From a virus (taxonomy: Duplodnaviria; Caudoviricetes), in the IMG/VR virus record IMGVR_UViG_2887198475_000002: a stretch of 64,000 nucleotides of DNA; one strand, given 5' to 3'. Of this stretch, positions 53,382-63,860 are shown piece after piece (position 1 is the stretch's first letter; each line of letters begins with the position of its first letter). The notes beneath the pieces were generated by a model, which worked only from the letters and a program-made list of their open reading frames with translations, was not told the DNA's origin and searched no databases. The position numbers and the translations under genes were made by a program.

Positions 53382-56300
53382 ATGCCCAGGATAGGCGCCC
53401 GCGCAGTCGAGCCAGGGGACATTGACACCGTTCCGGCCGCACTGCGGCGCATTGGCTGGCCGCACGTAGCGGCCGAGTGGGAGCGGATGCAGAAAGTGCT
53501 GGCGCTCTACGCCTCCGACGAGAGCCGATACCTGTGCGGCCAGGGAGAGCCGTACGGGTCGATCACGACCGAGGCCGGGATCAAGGCCCGGCAGCACCGG
53601 GCGGCGCTCCTGCGCAGGGAGGGCTCCCAGAATGGCTGACTTCGCCGACCTGCCGGGTGCGCTGCGGCGCTTCGCGGACCGCTACGAGGCGCGCACGACG
53701 GCAAGCCTGCGCGCCGCCGGGCTCCCGCCGGACGGGGATGCGCCCAACGGCCCGGCGATGCTCTGCCGGGCGGCAGCCGCGGAGATCGAGGGCAAGGCAA
53801 CCCCGATGCCGGGCTGGGAGGGGTGCGTGCCGAGCGACAACGTCGTCCTGCCGCGGGCGCTGGCGATGCATTGGCGCTGGCGCCTTGAGGCCACGATCTG
53901 CGCCGATTTCTGCGGGGGGGACGGCAAATGCTTCGAGCGCGGCTTGCGGCAGTGCGAGCGCGATCTGCACCGGCGCACCCTGGACGCTGTCCTTGGTGGC
54001 AGCGATGCCTGACGCTCCGCAGGCGACCCGGCCCATCTCCGCGGATGAGCTGGCGATCCTCGCCGGGCGGATGCGCTGCCGGGTGGATTCCTGCCGCGAG
54101 CGATCCGGCAGCGTGGAGGCTGCTGTCACCGGCCCCGGTATCGGCATCGGCCACCTGCTGGCGTCCGACATCGTGCGCGCGCTCGATAATGGAGCGGCCG
54201 AGATCGAGCGGATGCGCGCGGCACTCCAACGCATCGCTTATTCGGATTACGACGAGGGCGAGTGGCCCCAGAAGGTGGCGCGGGAGGCGCTGAATGGATG
54301 ACCACTCCACAGACGACCACCGAGCTGGACCCAAACGAGGGCTATGTGCCTGCCTGTGTCAGCCGTCCGCCGTGGCGCCGGCCACGGCGGATCAGCGCGC
54401 GCGAGGCCGAATTAGAGCGGGCGCAGGACGTTGACGAAAGGCGCGTCGAAACCGGCCTCGGCGGCACACACATACAGGCAGTGCGCTATGAGTGATCCAG
54501 ACACGACGGAGCAGGTCTTTACCGCCCGCCCCGGCAGTGGGGGCGAAGTGCTGGTGACGGCGCCGGACGGGCGCATGGAGTTCATGAGCCTTTGGCGGTT
54601 CTTCAGGTTCTGCATCGCGGCGACGGCGGCGGGGCAGAAGGTGGAGGTGCTGGATGGCTGATCTGCCCGAGCTGCGCCGGGCCATCCGCGAGGCCCGGGC
54701 CGCGAAGAAGGAGGCCCGGCGCCAGAGCACAGAGCGGCGAGTCTACAACCTGCCGAGCGCCACGGTCGCCGGGGTGCTTGGCCACCAGTTGCGGCAAGAC
54801 CTGCCGTCCGAAACGGCCGCGGTGCGCGAGCTGCTGGATGCAGCCCTTTCATCGAGAGGATTCCCACGATGAGCAAGATCCCGCCCATCATCCAGCGCCC
54901 CGCGACGGCGCACGGCTGGCTGCGCCGGCCGGAGCTGGACACGGCGACGTACGACGCCTGGGAAATGCCCAACGGAACTCTATACGCGGCAGAAAAGGGC
55001 GTGGTACCGACCGTCTACCAGCAGGGCAGCATGACCATGCTGGACATCACCCCCATGACGGTGAGGCGGCCGGATGAGCGATGATCCGCACGACAAGGAA
55101 ACTATGGCCCTCTGCGCCATCCGCTACACCATCGGCAGGCGCAGCTACGTCGTCAGCGACGGCGCGCGCTGGGCGCGCAAATGGGGAGCCAAGTCGCCGT
55201 GGGTGCGGCGCGTCATCATCCGCGACCTTGAGAGCGAGGTCGCAGACATCGACGCGGACCGGGCGGAAGGCAGGCGGGCGCGGGCGACGCTCGGCGACGC
55301 GCAGGACGAACGGGAGTGGCGAGCCGTGCTCGCCGATCTCAAGGCCATGGAGGCAGCCAATGTTGGCGCTTAGGGCCGTAGACAACCTGCGCGTCGAGGT
55401 CGAGCGGCTAGAGCGCGATCTGGCGGACGCCTACGCCGTGATCTGGTGCTTGGTGAAGCAGGCCGGTGGTGAAGTCAGGCTGTCGCTCCATGCCATGGAG
55501 CAGGGGCGCCGGGAAAAGATGCTGGCATCGTGGCGCGACGGCGCGTCGAGCGACATCATCATCCAGGCGGGGGACCGGACATGATCGAGCGCCAGTTTGC
55601 CCAGACGGCGATCGCCCTGGCGGATGGCTACCGCGCCGCGCTGGAAGTCGCCTACGCCGCCATGCGTCGGAACGGGTGGCATCTGGCCGCCGCGTCGGAC
55701 CAAGACGGCGCCGCCGAGGCGCAGGCGGCGTACGATGCCGTGGCGGAGGCCCTGGGCCATGCCTGACCAGCGCACAGGCGAGCCGGGGCTGTGGGACCGG
55801 GCCTGCGCCGCGGTGGGACGCAGGATGGCCGGTGTGCCTCCAACGTTGGAGGACGCCATCTTGCTCGGCGCGTACCAGACGATGGTGAAAGCCGGGATGG
55901 CGCGGCCGGCGGATCGGAGCGCCAAGCGGTTGCCATGCGCGCGGCAGCACCGGGGCGAAAGCCGGATTCATTCACGGGGCAAGCCTGCCCGTCTGGGCGC
56001 TGAACTGCACCATGAGGCGCGGGCCTGAAGCTGGATACTGCGGGGGACGCCATGCCGACGCCGCTCGGGACGAATGCAGAGGCCGATAGCGGCAACGTGC
56101 TGGTCAGGGTGGACGCCACGCATTTCTGCGCCGGCCTGATCATCGACCGCCTCGACCAGCGAGCGATCATCGCGGCGCCCATTCTAGCCTGGACCATCGG
56201 CCGGCACCGGACCGAATTGAGCAACTACTTCCGCCGCAAGGGGTGGCGGGCAACCATCGTCAGGGGATCAGTGCCATGACCGAGCAGCCAACAGAGAATG

Positions 56301-57535
56301 CATTGCGCGAGCTGCTGGCCGAAGGCCTGAATCTGTGCGTGCGCGCGCGCAGGCTGGACGAGCTGACGCTCGCCGCCGAGGGACGGAGTCTCGGCAACCA
56401 GACGCCCGACCATGCGCGCTGCCTCACGCCGCACCTGTGGGTCATGGATCAGTATGACCGCGACCTCGCCGATTGGGAGGCGCGCACCAGGAAGGCGCTG
56501 CGATGACGGATCCCAAGCAAGCGAGACTCCCCGAATCCCTACCTGACGAAATTCATATCATCGCGTCCTGCATCGACTTTCCGTTCGTCTACATCGGCGG
56601 CCCGAGCCAGCAATCGCGACGGCTTGCGGAGAGGATTGTCGAAGCGTTGCGCTGGGAAGGCTTTGAAATTGTGGTGGTGCCGCGATGAGAAATCAGAGGC
56701 CAAGAGCCGAGAAGCGCAACCTCGTCTGCGAGCAGTGCCACGACATGGCGCCGGTAGGCACCCCCGGCTGGTATGTGGATCCGGAGGGCATCGAGCTGTG
56801 CCCTGGGTGCGAAGAGGATCTGTGGCTGTCGTGGAAACTTGAGGGGTTTTCAAGATGAGCACGCCAACCGATCCGGCCGAGCAGCAGGCGGAGGACGACG
56901 AAATGGTGCTGGTCGAGATCAGCTCCTCGCCGTGGTTCTCCGGCTTCTGCGCTGCCGCCACGAAAAGCGGCGATGCGAACCCACACCCCGTGGACAGCGA
57001 GGCGTGGCGCGAGTGGCAGCGCGGCCAGGAGGCAGCAGCCAACGCCGATTGGCAAACGATCGTGGTGCCGGATGCCTAATCGTCCAAGATCGCCCAGCGG
57101 GAGCCGGCTGCACGAAGTGCTGGCAATGTCAGATCCGGAACAGGTAAGGCAGGCCCTTACCGGGCGGGATTTGATCGCAGCACTGCGGCACCGCGCGATG
57201 GAGCATCACATGGGAATGGAAGTCGCGGGAGCGATCGGCGATCTCGCCGAGCGAGAGCAGCACAGGCTGGACGCCATGCTGCTGATAAGGGCCGTCGAGG
57301 AACTGGAAGCCGGGCTATGAGAGATTCCCCGCGGGCCGCATACCGGCCGAACCGCATCAACGTCGCGGATCCGGATCGCCTCGTGCGCGCCCTGGCCTGG
57401 GTGGACGAAGTCTATCCCGGCCGAACCGGCGACGGCGCGGCCGTGGTTCACATGACGTGGGATGAATGGAACGAGCTGCGCGCGGCGCTCGGCCTGCCGG
57501 TGCAGCCGGTTCCTCGCCGGAGAACCGCGGCATGA
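53382..57535 (+). other. Rightward array of ~17 small coupled ORFs (53382-53639, 53632-54012, 54005-54301, 54298-54495, 54488-54661, 54654-54872, 54869-55084, 55074-55373, 55360-55584, 55581-55766, 55759-56028, 56052-56279, 56276-56506, 56503-56688, 56855-57079, 57072-57320, 57317-57535)
   Basis: Nearly continuous start/stop overlaps typical of phage early operons. Confidence 0.65.
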
Positions 57536-57807
57536 CCGGCCAGACCCAACCGCCGCACCCGCGCGTGACCGTCACCGTCTCGGGGACCGCAGGCACCGGG
57601 AAGTCCAGGGTGCTGGCCAATATCGAGGTCGCGCTGCGCGCGTGCGGCTACGAGGTGCAGTGGTGGCGCGGGCAGGACCAGCGCGAGGTTCATAAGGAGC
57701 ACTGGACGGAAGCGAATTGTCCCCGCCCGGCCCCGGCGCAGCTCCCGGTGGTCATTCTGGCCGAGCAGAACGAGCGCCCGAAATTTTGGAGAGCGGGCAA
57801 TGAGTGA
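57532..57807 (+). CDS. Small P-loop-like protein (paralog A)
   Basis: VTVSGTAGTGKS. Confidence 0.6.
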   Translation: MTGQTQPPHPRVTVTVSGTAGTGKSRVLANIEVALRACGYEVQWWRGQDQREVHKEHWTEANCPRPAPAQLPVVILAEQNERPKFWRAGNE

Positions 57808-58054
57808 TCCCCGGCCGGAGTTGCCGCCGCGCGTGACCGTCTTGGTATCCGGGGAGGCCGGTAGCGGCCGGGTGCGGGTCATGGCCGACATCGAAGTCGC
57901 CTTGCGCGCATCCGGCTACGTCATCCAGTGGGGCCGCTGGCAGGACGAGCGCGAGGTCCGCAGCGAGCATTGGGCCGCGGCGAACAGCCTGCGCCCGCAT
58001 GTGACGGAGCCGCCCCTGATCGTGCTGACGGGGCTGAACGAGAGGCGGCGCTGA
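57800..58054 (+). CDS. Paralog B with degenerate P-loop
   Basis: VLVSGEAGSGRV; shares IEVALRA.GY..QW..QD.REV..EHW. Confidence 0.6.
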   Translation: MSDPRPELPPRVTVLVSGEAGSGRVRVMADIEVALRASGYVIQWGRWQDEREVRSEHWAAANSLRPHVTEPPLIVLTGLNERRR

Positions 58055-58072
58055 TCCGGCCCGGGGCCGGCC

Positions 58073-59272
58073 TTACGGGGCCTGCCCCGCGTCAGCCTCG
58101 CGAGCTGCGGGCCGCTTGTGCTTCGCCAACAGATCATCGAGCCACGCGCCGAACTCGGCATCCTCGCCGGGCCTGACTTCACCGACATAGGCCCAGGAGC
58201 CGCGGCAATGGGGGTGCTGCGTCCCGCATGCTACCCACCACATCTCCTCCGGCTCGCGGTCCACCAGCTCGCCACCGACGCGCTTCCGCGGCGATGCGCT
58301 CCGACCAACGTTGGTCTTTCCGATCCAGACTTCCTTGTCGCCGTCCTTCGGCTCGTGGTCCGGCGCGACCACGGTGAACACCTTGCCGTTGATGCTGCGG
58401 CAGAAGTCGCAGGCCCCGCGGTATGCCTCGACGCGGCGCACGCGCTGGCCGGGCTTGAGGGCGGCGACGAAGCCGGTGTTGCAGCACTCCCCCGTCTCCG
58501 TAATGGCGATGCGGCGGAAGTCACGGTTCAGGTTGCCGAACGTGTCGAACAGGCGTTGCCGGAGGCGTTCGGTGGTGCCCTCCTTGTGCCCCAGCAGCAT
58601 CGCCTGCGTGTGCTCGACCACAAGGCGTTTCATCCCGGCCCGGGCGTTCTCCGTGACATCCGTGATGTGGATGCCAGCCTGGGCCTTGGCGATGCGCAAG
58701 ACGGCCTGCTCGACCGGCGAGAGGGCGCGGGCGGGCAGCTCCCCGAACTCGTGCGGGATCAGCTCCGCGAGGCTGGACAGGTCGGGGGCTGGCCAGTGCT
58801 CCCCGCGGCGCTCCATCTCGGCCTGCACCTTGCCGGCGAGCTGGGCGCGGAAGGTGAGGTATTGGGCCATGTCCGACACCACGCCATCCGGCAGGTAGCG
58901 TTGCACGAGCCAATCGACCAACATCAACCAATCGTCCAGCGAGTAGTGCGCCGGCTCGATCGCTTCGAGGTGCAGCCGGGCGGCGTTGAACTGCGTCGCG
59001 TCCCACCGCTCCCACGGCTCCGCCTTGGCGAGCGTGCCGATCGGCGCGCCGGTCAGGGCGCGGGCGAAGGCGTCTTGCAGGGCTTCCAGCACGCGCTGGA
59101 ACCGGCGCGTGACTTCCTCGACATGCCCGGCCAGGAGCGGATTCGGGTGCGGCGCCCACATCGACCGCTCGGCGTCGCCGTGCGGGTCGGATGCGAGGCT
59201 TTTGAAAAGCTCCTCGATGCAGTCATCGCAATGGGCGGCGGGAACGTCGCCGAAGTCGATGAGAAGCGCCAC
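58073..59272 (-). CDS. Head morphogenesis protein (SPP1 gp7/Mu F-like)
   Basis: RRIAITE, ACDFC, HPHCRG; downstream of portal. Confidence 0.8.
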   Translation of the reverse strand: MALLIDFGDVPAAHCDDCIEELFKSLASDPHGDAERSMWAPHPNPLLAGHVEEVTRRFQRVLEALQDAFARALTGAPIGTLAKAEPWERWDATQFNAARLHLEAIEPAHYSLDDWLMLVDWLVQRYLPDGVVSDMAQYLTFRAQLAGKVQAEMERRGEHWPAPDLSSLAELIPHEFGELPARALSPVEQAVLRIAKAQAGIHITDVTENARAGMKRLVVEHTQAMLLGHKEGTTERLRQRLFDTFGNLNRDFRRIAITETGECCNTGFVAALKPGQRVRRVEAYRGACDFCRSINGKVFTVVAPDHEPKDGDKEVWIGKTNVGRSASPRKRVGGELVDREPEEMWWVACGTQHPHCRGSWAYVGEVRPGEDAEFGAWLDDLLAKHKRPAAREADAGQAP

Positions 59273-59274
59273 GG

Positions 59275-60213
59275 TTACGGCTGCTGCTGGCGCTGCTGCT
59301 GCGCCTGCTCCGGCTTCAGGAACACGATCAGCGCCCGGGCGAGGGCGGTTGCCCGCGCTTCCATGCTGTCAGCCGGCGGATGCCCCTGCTGGCCGGGCGT
59401 GCTGGCCGGCGGGCCGGCCGCGGGCGCCGCGCCTTCCTTCTCAGGCGCCCCCTGCTGCTGCGCGCCCGGCTTCTCGTCGTCGGGATGGATCAGCGCGTCG
59501 TGGCGGACCTGATGCTCGCGCTCGCCATCGTGGACTGTCACCCCATCCTTGCCGCTGGCGACGATCTTCCCCTGGCCCTCGACATCGCCGTGGCGGAACT
59601 TGACCACGTCACCGTGCCGCAGCGGCTTGCGCGCGGGCTGCGCGTCGTGGGCCTGCTCCTCCTGCCCCGGGCCTTGCGCCGCCCCCTGCTGCCCCTGGCC
59701 CCGCCGCGGCTTCGGCTTGCCCCCGGCCGGCGGCGGCACCGGCTGGGCCTTGAGGATCATCAGCACTGGCGAAACCTCCGCTTTGCCCAGGCGGTCCAGG
59801 CCGCCCAGAATGGGATCATCATGCGCCACGGCGTTGGCGGCCGCGCGCTCCTCCTCTGGCTCCGGCAGTTCCAGGCCGGCGACGAACCGCTGGCGGCCGG
59901 AGCCGTCGCGCACGAGCGCGCCGTCTGCGCCCTGCTCGACCAGCTCGTAGCGGTGCAGCATCCGAGCACGGTGCCCGAGATAGCTGCCCCAGGCGCAGCG
60001 GTGGCGCTCGCCCTTGTCGCATCGCGCCGTGAACCCGTCCTTGCCCACGGCCGAGACGCTGACCGCGATGGCGCCGCGCTTGCTGTGCCGGACGTAGACG
60101 GAATCGCCCACGTCGATCCCCTCGGCCCCCTTGGGGCGCTTGGCGGGCTTGGCCGGAGCGATTGGCTTGCGCGGCGGATTGGCGCCGGGCGGGGGCTTGC
60201 CTGGGGCGGTCAT
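59275..60213 (-). CDS. Putative internal virion protein with two KOW/SH3-like modules
   Basis: GD.V...G....V.A.GKDG.T repeated twice; ILKA and LGKA sites. Confidence 0.65.
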   Translation of the reverse strand: MTAPGKPPPGANPPRKPIAPAKPAKRPKGAEGIDVGDSVYVRHSKRGAIAVSVSAVGKDGFTARCDKGERHRCAWGSYLGHRARMLHRYELVEQGADGALVRDGSGRQRFVAGLELPEPEEERAAANAVAHDDPILGGLDRLGKAEVSPVLMILKAQPVPPPAGGKPKPRRGQGQQGAAQGPGQEEQAHDAQPARKPLRHGDVVKFRHGDVEGQGKIVASGKDGVTVHDGEREHQVRHDALIHPDDEKPGAQQQGAPEKEGAAPAAGPPASTPGQQGHPPADSMEARATALARALIVFLKPEQAQQQRQQQP

Positions 60214-60485
60214 GGTGCTGGCTCATAGGTGGCGGCGAACAAGACCGGCGGAATGACCCACAGCTCGCCCACGGCCCAGCGCACAAGCCAGTCGCCCGGG
60301 TGCGCGCGGACCGGGCCTTTGAGGGTCCAGACCACCAGATCCGCCCCGATGCGCTCGACGCCGCCGAACGCATAGGCGGGCAGCTTCATGGCGTCGGTCA
60401 GCCAGGACGGCGCCGGCTCGCTGAAGCAGAAGCCGTTCCACTGCACGGCCTCGATCTCCGGCCGGCGCTTGACGTAGCGCGCCAT
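60210..60485 (-). CDS. Conserved small phage protein
   Basis: IEAVQWNG..TLKG...A.PGDW....F..TYE. Confidence 0.75.
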   Translation of the reverse strand: MARYVKRRPEIEAVQWNGFCFSEPAPSWLTDAMKLPAYAFGGVERIGADLVVWTLKGPVRAHPGDWLVRWAVGELWVIPPVLFAATYEPAP

Positions 60486-62255
60486 TCATCGCAGCCCATA
60501 GACCGCGCTTGCGGACAGCGCCTTGCCGAAATCGGCGCCGCCGGCCGCCCCGCCGAACTCTCTCTCCTGCGGGGCGCCCTGGGCTTCCGGATCCTGCCCG
60601 TCGTCGCCCTGCCCCTGCCCGAACTGCCCGCCCGCGGACTCTGCCGTGTCCTCGTCGCCGAAGTCCTGGCCGCTGCCCTGGCCGCCGAAATCCTGGCCGG
60701 GCTGCTGCGGCGGCGGGTGGTTGAGCTGCATGGCCGGGCCGATGAGGGCCGGGTTGATCGGCAGCGCGCCAATCTGCGGATCCGGGTGCGGCTGCAAGCC
60801 CTGCTCGGCTCGCAGCTCGTCAACCGTCATGACCAGCTTTTTCGCCTCCCAGGTCTTTTCCTCATCCTCCGGATCGAGGCCAACCCAGCGGAAGCAGTAT
60901 TTTTCGCCGAATGCGCTCACGATGTAGTCTGTGAACGTATTCTCCATGTGGGACAGCAGCGGGCGCAGACCCTTGTCTTTGCTCTCCGCGAGTTTTTCTG
61001 TCGTGTCGCTGCCAGAGAGCGAGCTTTTACCTGCGGTGAAACTTTCGAAATTAATCTCGTCCGGCGACATGCCGTAGATGGCGCAGATGATCGAGGTAAG
61101 GAACGTCATCCACCGAGCGAACATCATCTCGTTCTGCTCGACGTTGAACGGCGTCCACGTCGCCTTGCTGTCCCCGTCCCTGGCGGCCAGGACGGGCAGG
61201 GACCAAGCGTTGTTGATCCCGCGCACCCACGAGTTCCAGATGCGCTTGAAGCCTTCCAAATCCTCTTCGCCATAGTCCCCGACGATTTGCAGCAAGCCCT
61301 TGGGCAAACTGTTCATGTCGAAGTAGCTGTTATTCAGCGTCATGGCGTTGAGGAAGCCCGTCACCACTTTGATGAGCAGCTCGGTTTCCCCCTGCCCATA
61401 CCCGTAGCGGCGGACATCCGTGGTCGGATTGCGCACCTCATAAATCAGCGTGTCGTGCGTGTAGGCGTTGCAGATTCGCCCCTGCACGACCTGCAAGGCG
61501 AAGATTTCATCATCGCCCTGGTATCCGTCCTCCGTGCAAAGGCGGATGGTGCTGCCGTCGATCGCGTAAAAACCGTCGATGCCCAGGTCTTTATTGCGCT
61601 TCATCTCGGTTTCGATGGGCGCGCTGTCCATCGTCAGGCTGTCGGCCACGTACTTGGCGCAGAACGTCGAGAAGTTGTCCCGCTTGAGAACCTTCCTTTT
61701 CCTGGGGTTGAACTCCCAGCCACAGTTCTGGAAGAACTTCCCCAGGAGCGAAGTGGCCTGCTCCTCGTCCGGCGAGAGTTGGTGCTTGCGATCGACATGC
61801 CGGATCTCGAAGCCGATCCCGCCATCTTCGCTCGGCGCGCAGAACCGCTGAACCTGCCGCTGCCGGGTCAGCACCACGGACTTGAGGACGGGCGTTTGCT
61901 CGACCATGGCGCGGAGTTGGTCGAACGTCATCGCCGCGCTGCGCTCGTAATAGTCCCCCTGAAGCTGGATCTGCATGTCGTCCAGCACCATGGACTGCAC
62001 GCCCCGCTTCGGCGGCGCGGTCACGCGGTCAGGGAACCGCAAGATGTTGTCCCGTCGCGCCTGGGCCTTCAGGAGCGCCTGTTCTTGGTAGCTGCGCTCG
62101 ATGAAGTGGATCGCCCGCTGCACATCGGGGGCCGGGATCAGGTCGGAGGCAACAGGCCGATAAGCCTTTTGCAGCTCCGCCTGCGCGTCAAACCGCTCCG
62201 ATGCCGGCGCATCAGGGCTGGCGAGCACAGATCGGGCATCATCGCGTGCGGTCAT
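60486..62255 (-). CDS. Portal protein
   Basis: DGSTIR, RNP..YGYG..E.E, PKGLL, ICAIYGMSPDEIN, SKDKGLRPLL, TVDELR. Confidence 0.92.
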   Translation of the reverse strand: MTARDDARSVLASPDAPASERFDAQAELQKAYRPVASDLIPAPDVQRAIHFIERSYQEQALLKAQARRDNILRFPDRVTAPPKRGVQSMVLDDMQIQLQGDYYERSAAMTFDQLRAMVEQTPVLKSVVLTRQRQVQRFCAPSEDGGIGFEIRHVDRKHQLSPDEEQATSLLGKFFQNCGWEFNPRKRKVLKRDNFSTFCAKYVADSLTMDSAPIETEMKRNKDLGIDGFYAIDGSTIRLCTEDGYQGDDEIFALQVVQGRICNAYTHDTLIYEVRNPTTDVRRYGYGQGETELLIKVVTGFLNAMTLNNSYFDMNSLPKGLLQIVGDYGEEDLEGFKRIWNSWVRGINNAWSLPVLAARDGDSKATWTPFNVEQNEMMFARWMTFLTSIICAIYGMSPDEINFESFTAGKSSLSGSDTTEKLAESKDKGLRPLLSHMENTFTDYIVSAFGEKYCFRWVGLDPEDEEKTWEAKKLVMTVDELRAEQGLQPHPDPQIGALPINPALIGPAMQLNHPPPQQPGQDFGGQGSGQDFGDEDTAESAGGQFGQGQGDDGQDPEAQGAPQEREFGGAAGGADFGKALSASAVYGLR

Positions 62256-62336
62256 GCGCCCAGGATCGCGTCACGACCGCACGCGCAGGCAGGGGGCGTC
62301 AGGCAGGAGGCGGCCGGCGCCCCCGCCTGCGCCGGC

Positions 62337-63026
62337 TCAGTTGTTCCAGAGGATCAGCGGGATAGGCCCGTCCTTCGACGGGGCGCCTTCCCTCGGCGGA
62401 TCGCTCTCCTTGGGCGGGCTGGCGTCAGGGGCGCTGTGGCGGCCCAGCAGGCGGCCAAGGAGGGTCGCGGCTTGGGGCTGGGCACTCCCAGCGGGGGCGG
62501 CCGCGGATGGGCTCGGCGCGTCCCCAGCAGAGGGAGCCTGGGGCAGAGGCGCGGTCAGCTCGGCCACCGATGGAGGCGCCACCTCCGGCGTCTCGGCCGG
62601 GACCGGAGGCGGCGGAGGGACTTCGGCATCGGGCGTTGCGGCGACCGGGGTGGACGGAGGCTGGCGCGGGCCGGCGCCGTGCAGCTCCGCAATCACCTCG
62701 CCGTTCTCGTGCGCACTAGCGATGCGCGCCACCAGCTCGGCCCGGAAGGCTGCTGCGATGTCCAAGTCGGCTTCGCTGAGAGGCGCGGGGTGCCCGTCGC
62801 CGTTGCGCATGATCTCGTCCAGGGCGCGCACGATCACCGACATGGAGCGCAGATCGAGGACGCCGGTGAACGCAAGATGCAGCGCGTTCAGCCGGCGCAG
62901 CAGCACGCCGCGCATGGCGATGGTCAGGTCCATCAGCTCCCGCCTGGGCGGCAGCGGGCGGCCATCTCCGCAAGCCCCGAACGCATCCAGAGCGCGGATC
63001 AGATACACGACAGTCGATAGGTCCAC
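62337..63026 (-). CDS. Pro-rich hypothetical
   Basis: ORF between late units. Confidence 0.45.
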   Translation of the reverse strand: MDLSTVVYLIRALDAFGACGDGRPLPPRRELMDLTIAMRGVLLRRLNALHLAFTGVLDLRSMSVIVRALDEIMRNGDGHPAPLSEADLDIAAAFRAELVARIASAHENGEVIAELHGAGPRQPPSTPVAATPDAEVPPPPPVPAETPEVAPPSVAELTAPLPQAPSAGDAPSPSAAAPAGSAQPQAATLLGRLLGRHSAPDASPPKESDPPREGAPSKDGPIPLILWNN

Positions 63027-63268
63027 GAGGGCAGCTCCGACAAAGGTCAGTCATGGGGTAGCGCGATCGTGAGAGAGCCCAGGGCAGGGATAGGTTGCTG
63101 GCCTTCCCATCGGCATCCTAGCCTCTTCCGACCCGGGGAATCGGCTCTCGGGAGAGGACAGCAAGGAGGCCACTGGCTTTGCTGGAACCCCTATTACGAG
63201 GCAAGGCGGCCTGACAGGCCACAGCGGCGGGGCAAACCCTGAACAGATGCGCCCCGCCGCTTCCCACG

Positions 63269-63477
63269 TCACTTCGGCCGGAATTTCCGCCCGGTGCAGG
63301 GCAAGCATTGCGTGACGCGCCCGCGTCGCAACGTGACGCCGCGAACCTCGCGGATCCCCCCACAGTCGCATCGGCAGCGCCACAGGGTGTCCCCCTTGCA
63401 CGGGTTGAAGCTCCGGCGCTCGACCACGAGCTTGCCAATCCGCCGGCCAGCCATGTTGATGAACGGCTTGGACATGG
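63269..63477 (-). CDS. Truncated HNH/AP2-type N-terminal Zn domain
   Basis: G.R.GKL.V...WRCRCDCG....LR.G...C. Confidence 0.6.
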
Positions 63478-63479
63478 GC

Positions 63480-63860
63480 TCACCGTTCCGCCGCGGCCTT
63501 GCGGATGACGCAGACGGTCACTGTGGCGAGGCCGGCCTGCTCGAAGCCAAGCCGGCGGGCGGTGCCTTGGGACAGGTCGATGATTCGGCCGCGCACGTAG
63601 GGGCCGCGATCGTTGATGCGCACCACTTCAGATCGTCCATTTGCGAGGTTCGTGACGAGGACCATCGTGCCCAAGGGCAGACGGATGGATGCCGCCGTGC
63701 TGGCGTTCATGTCGAAGGGGGCGCCGCTGGCAGTGCGCTTGCCGTGATGCCAGCGGCCATAAAACGAGGCGACGCCTCGCTGACATGAGCCGGCAGCATC
63801 GCCCTTGGCAGAGGCGAGCCAGAAGGCAACGCAGGCGACGGTGATTGCACGGACGATCAT
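63480..63860 (-). CDS. rlpA: RlpA-family (DPBB) lytic transglycosylase
   Basis: GVASFYG..TASG..TAAS..LP.GT..INDRGPY..RIIDLS; signal peptide. Confidence 0.88.
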   Translation of the reverse strand: MIVRAITVACVAFWLASAKGDAAGSCQRGVASFYGRWHHGKRTASGAPFDMNASTAASIRLPLGTMVLVTNLANGRSEVVRINDRGPYVRGRIIDLSQGTARRLGFEQAGLATVTVCVIRKAAAER

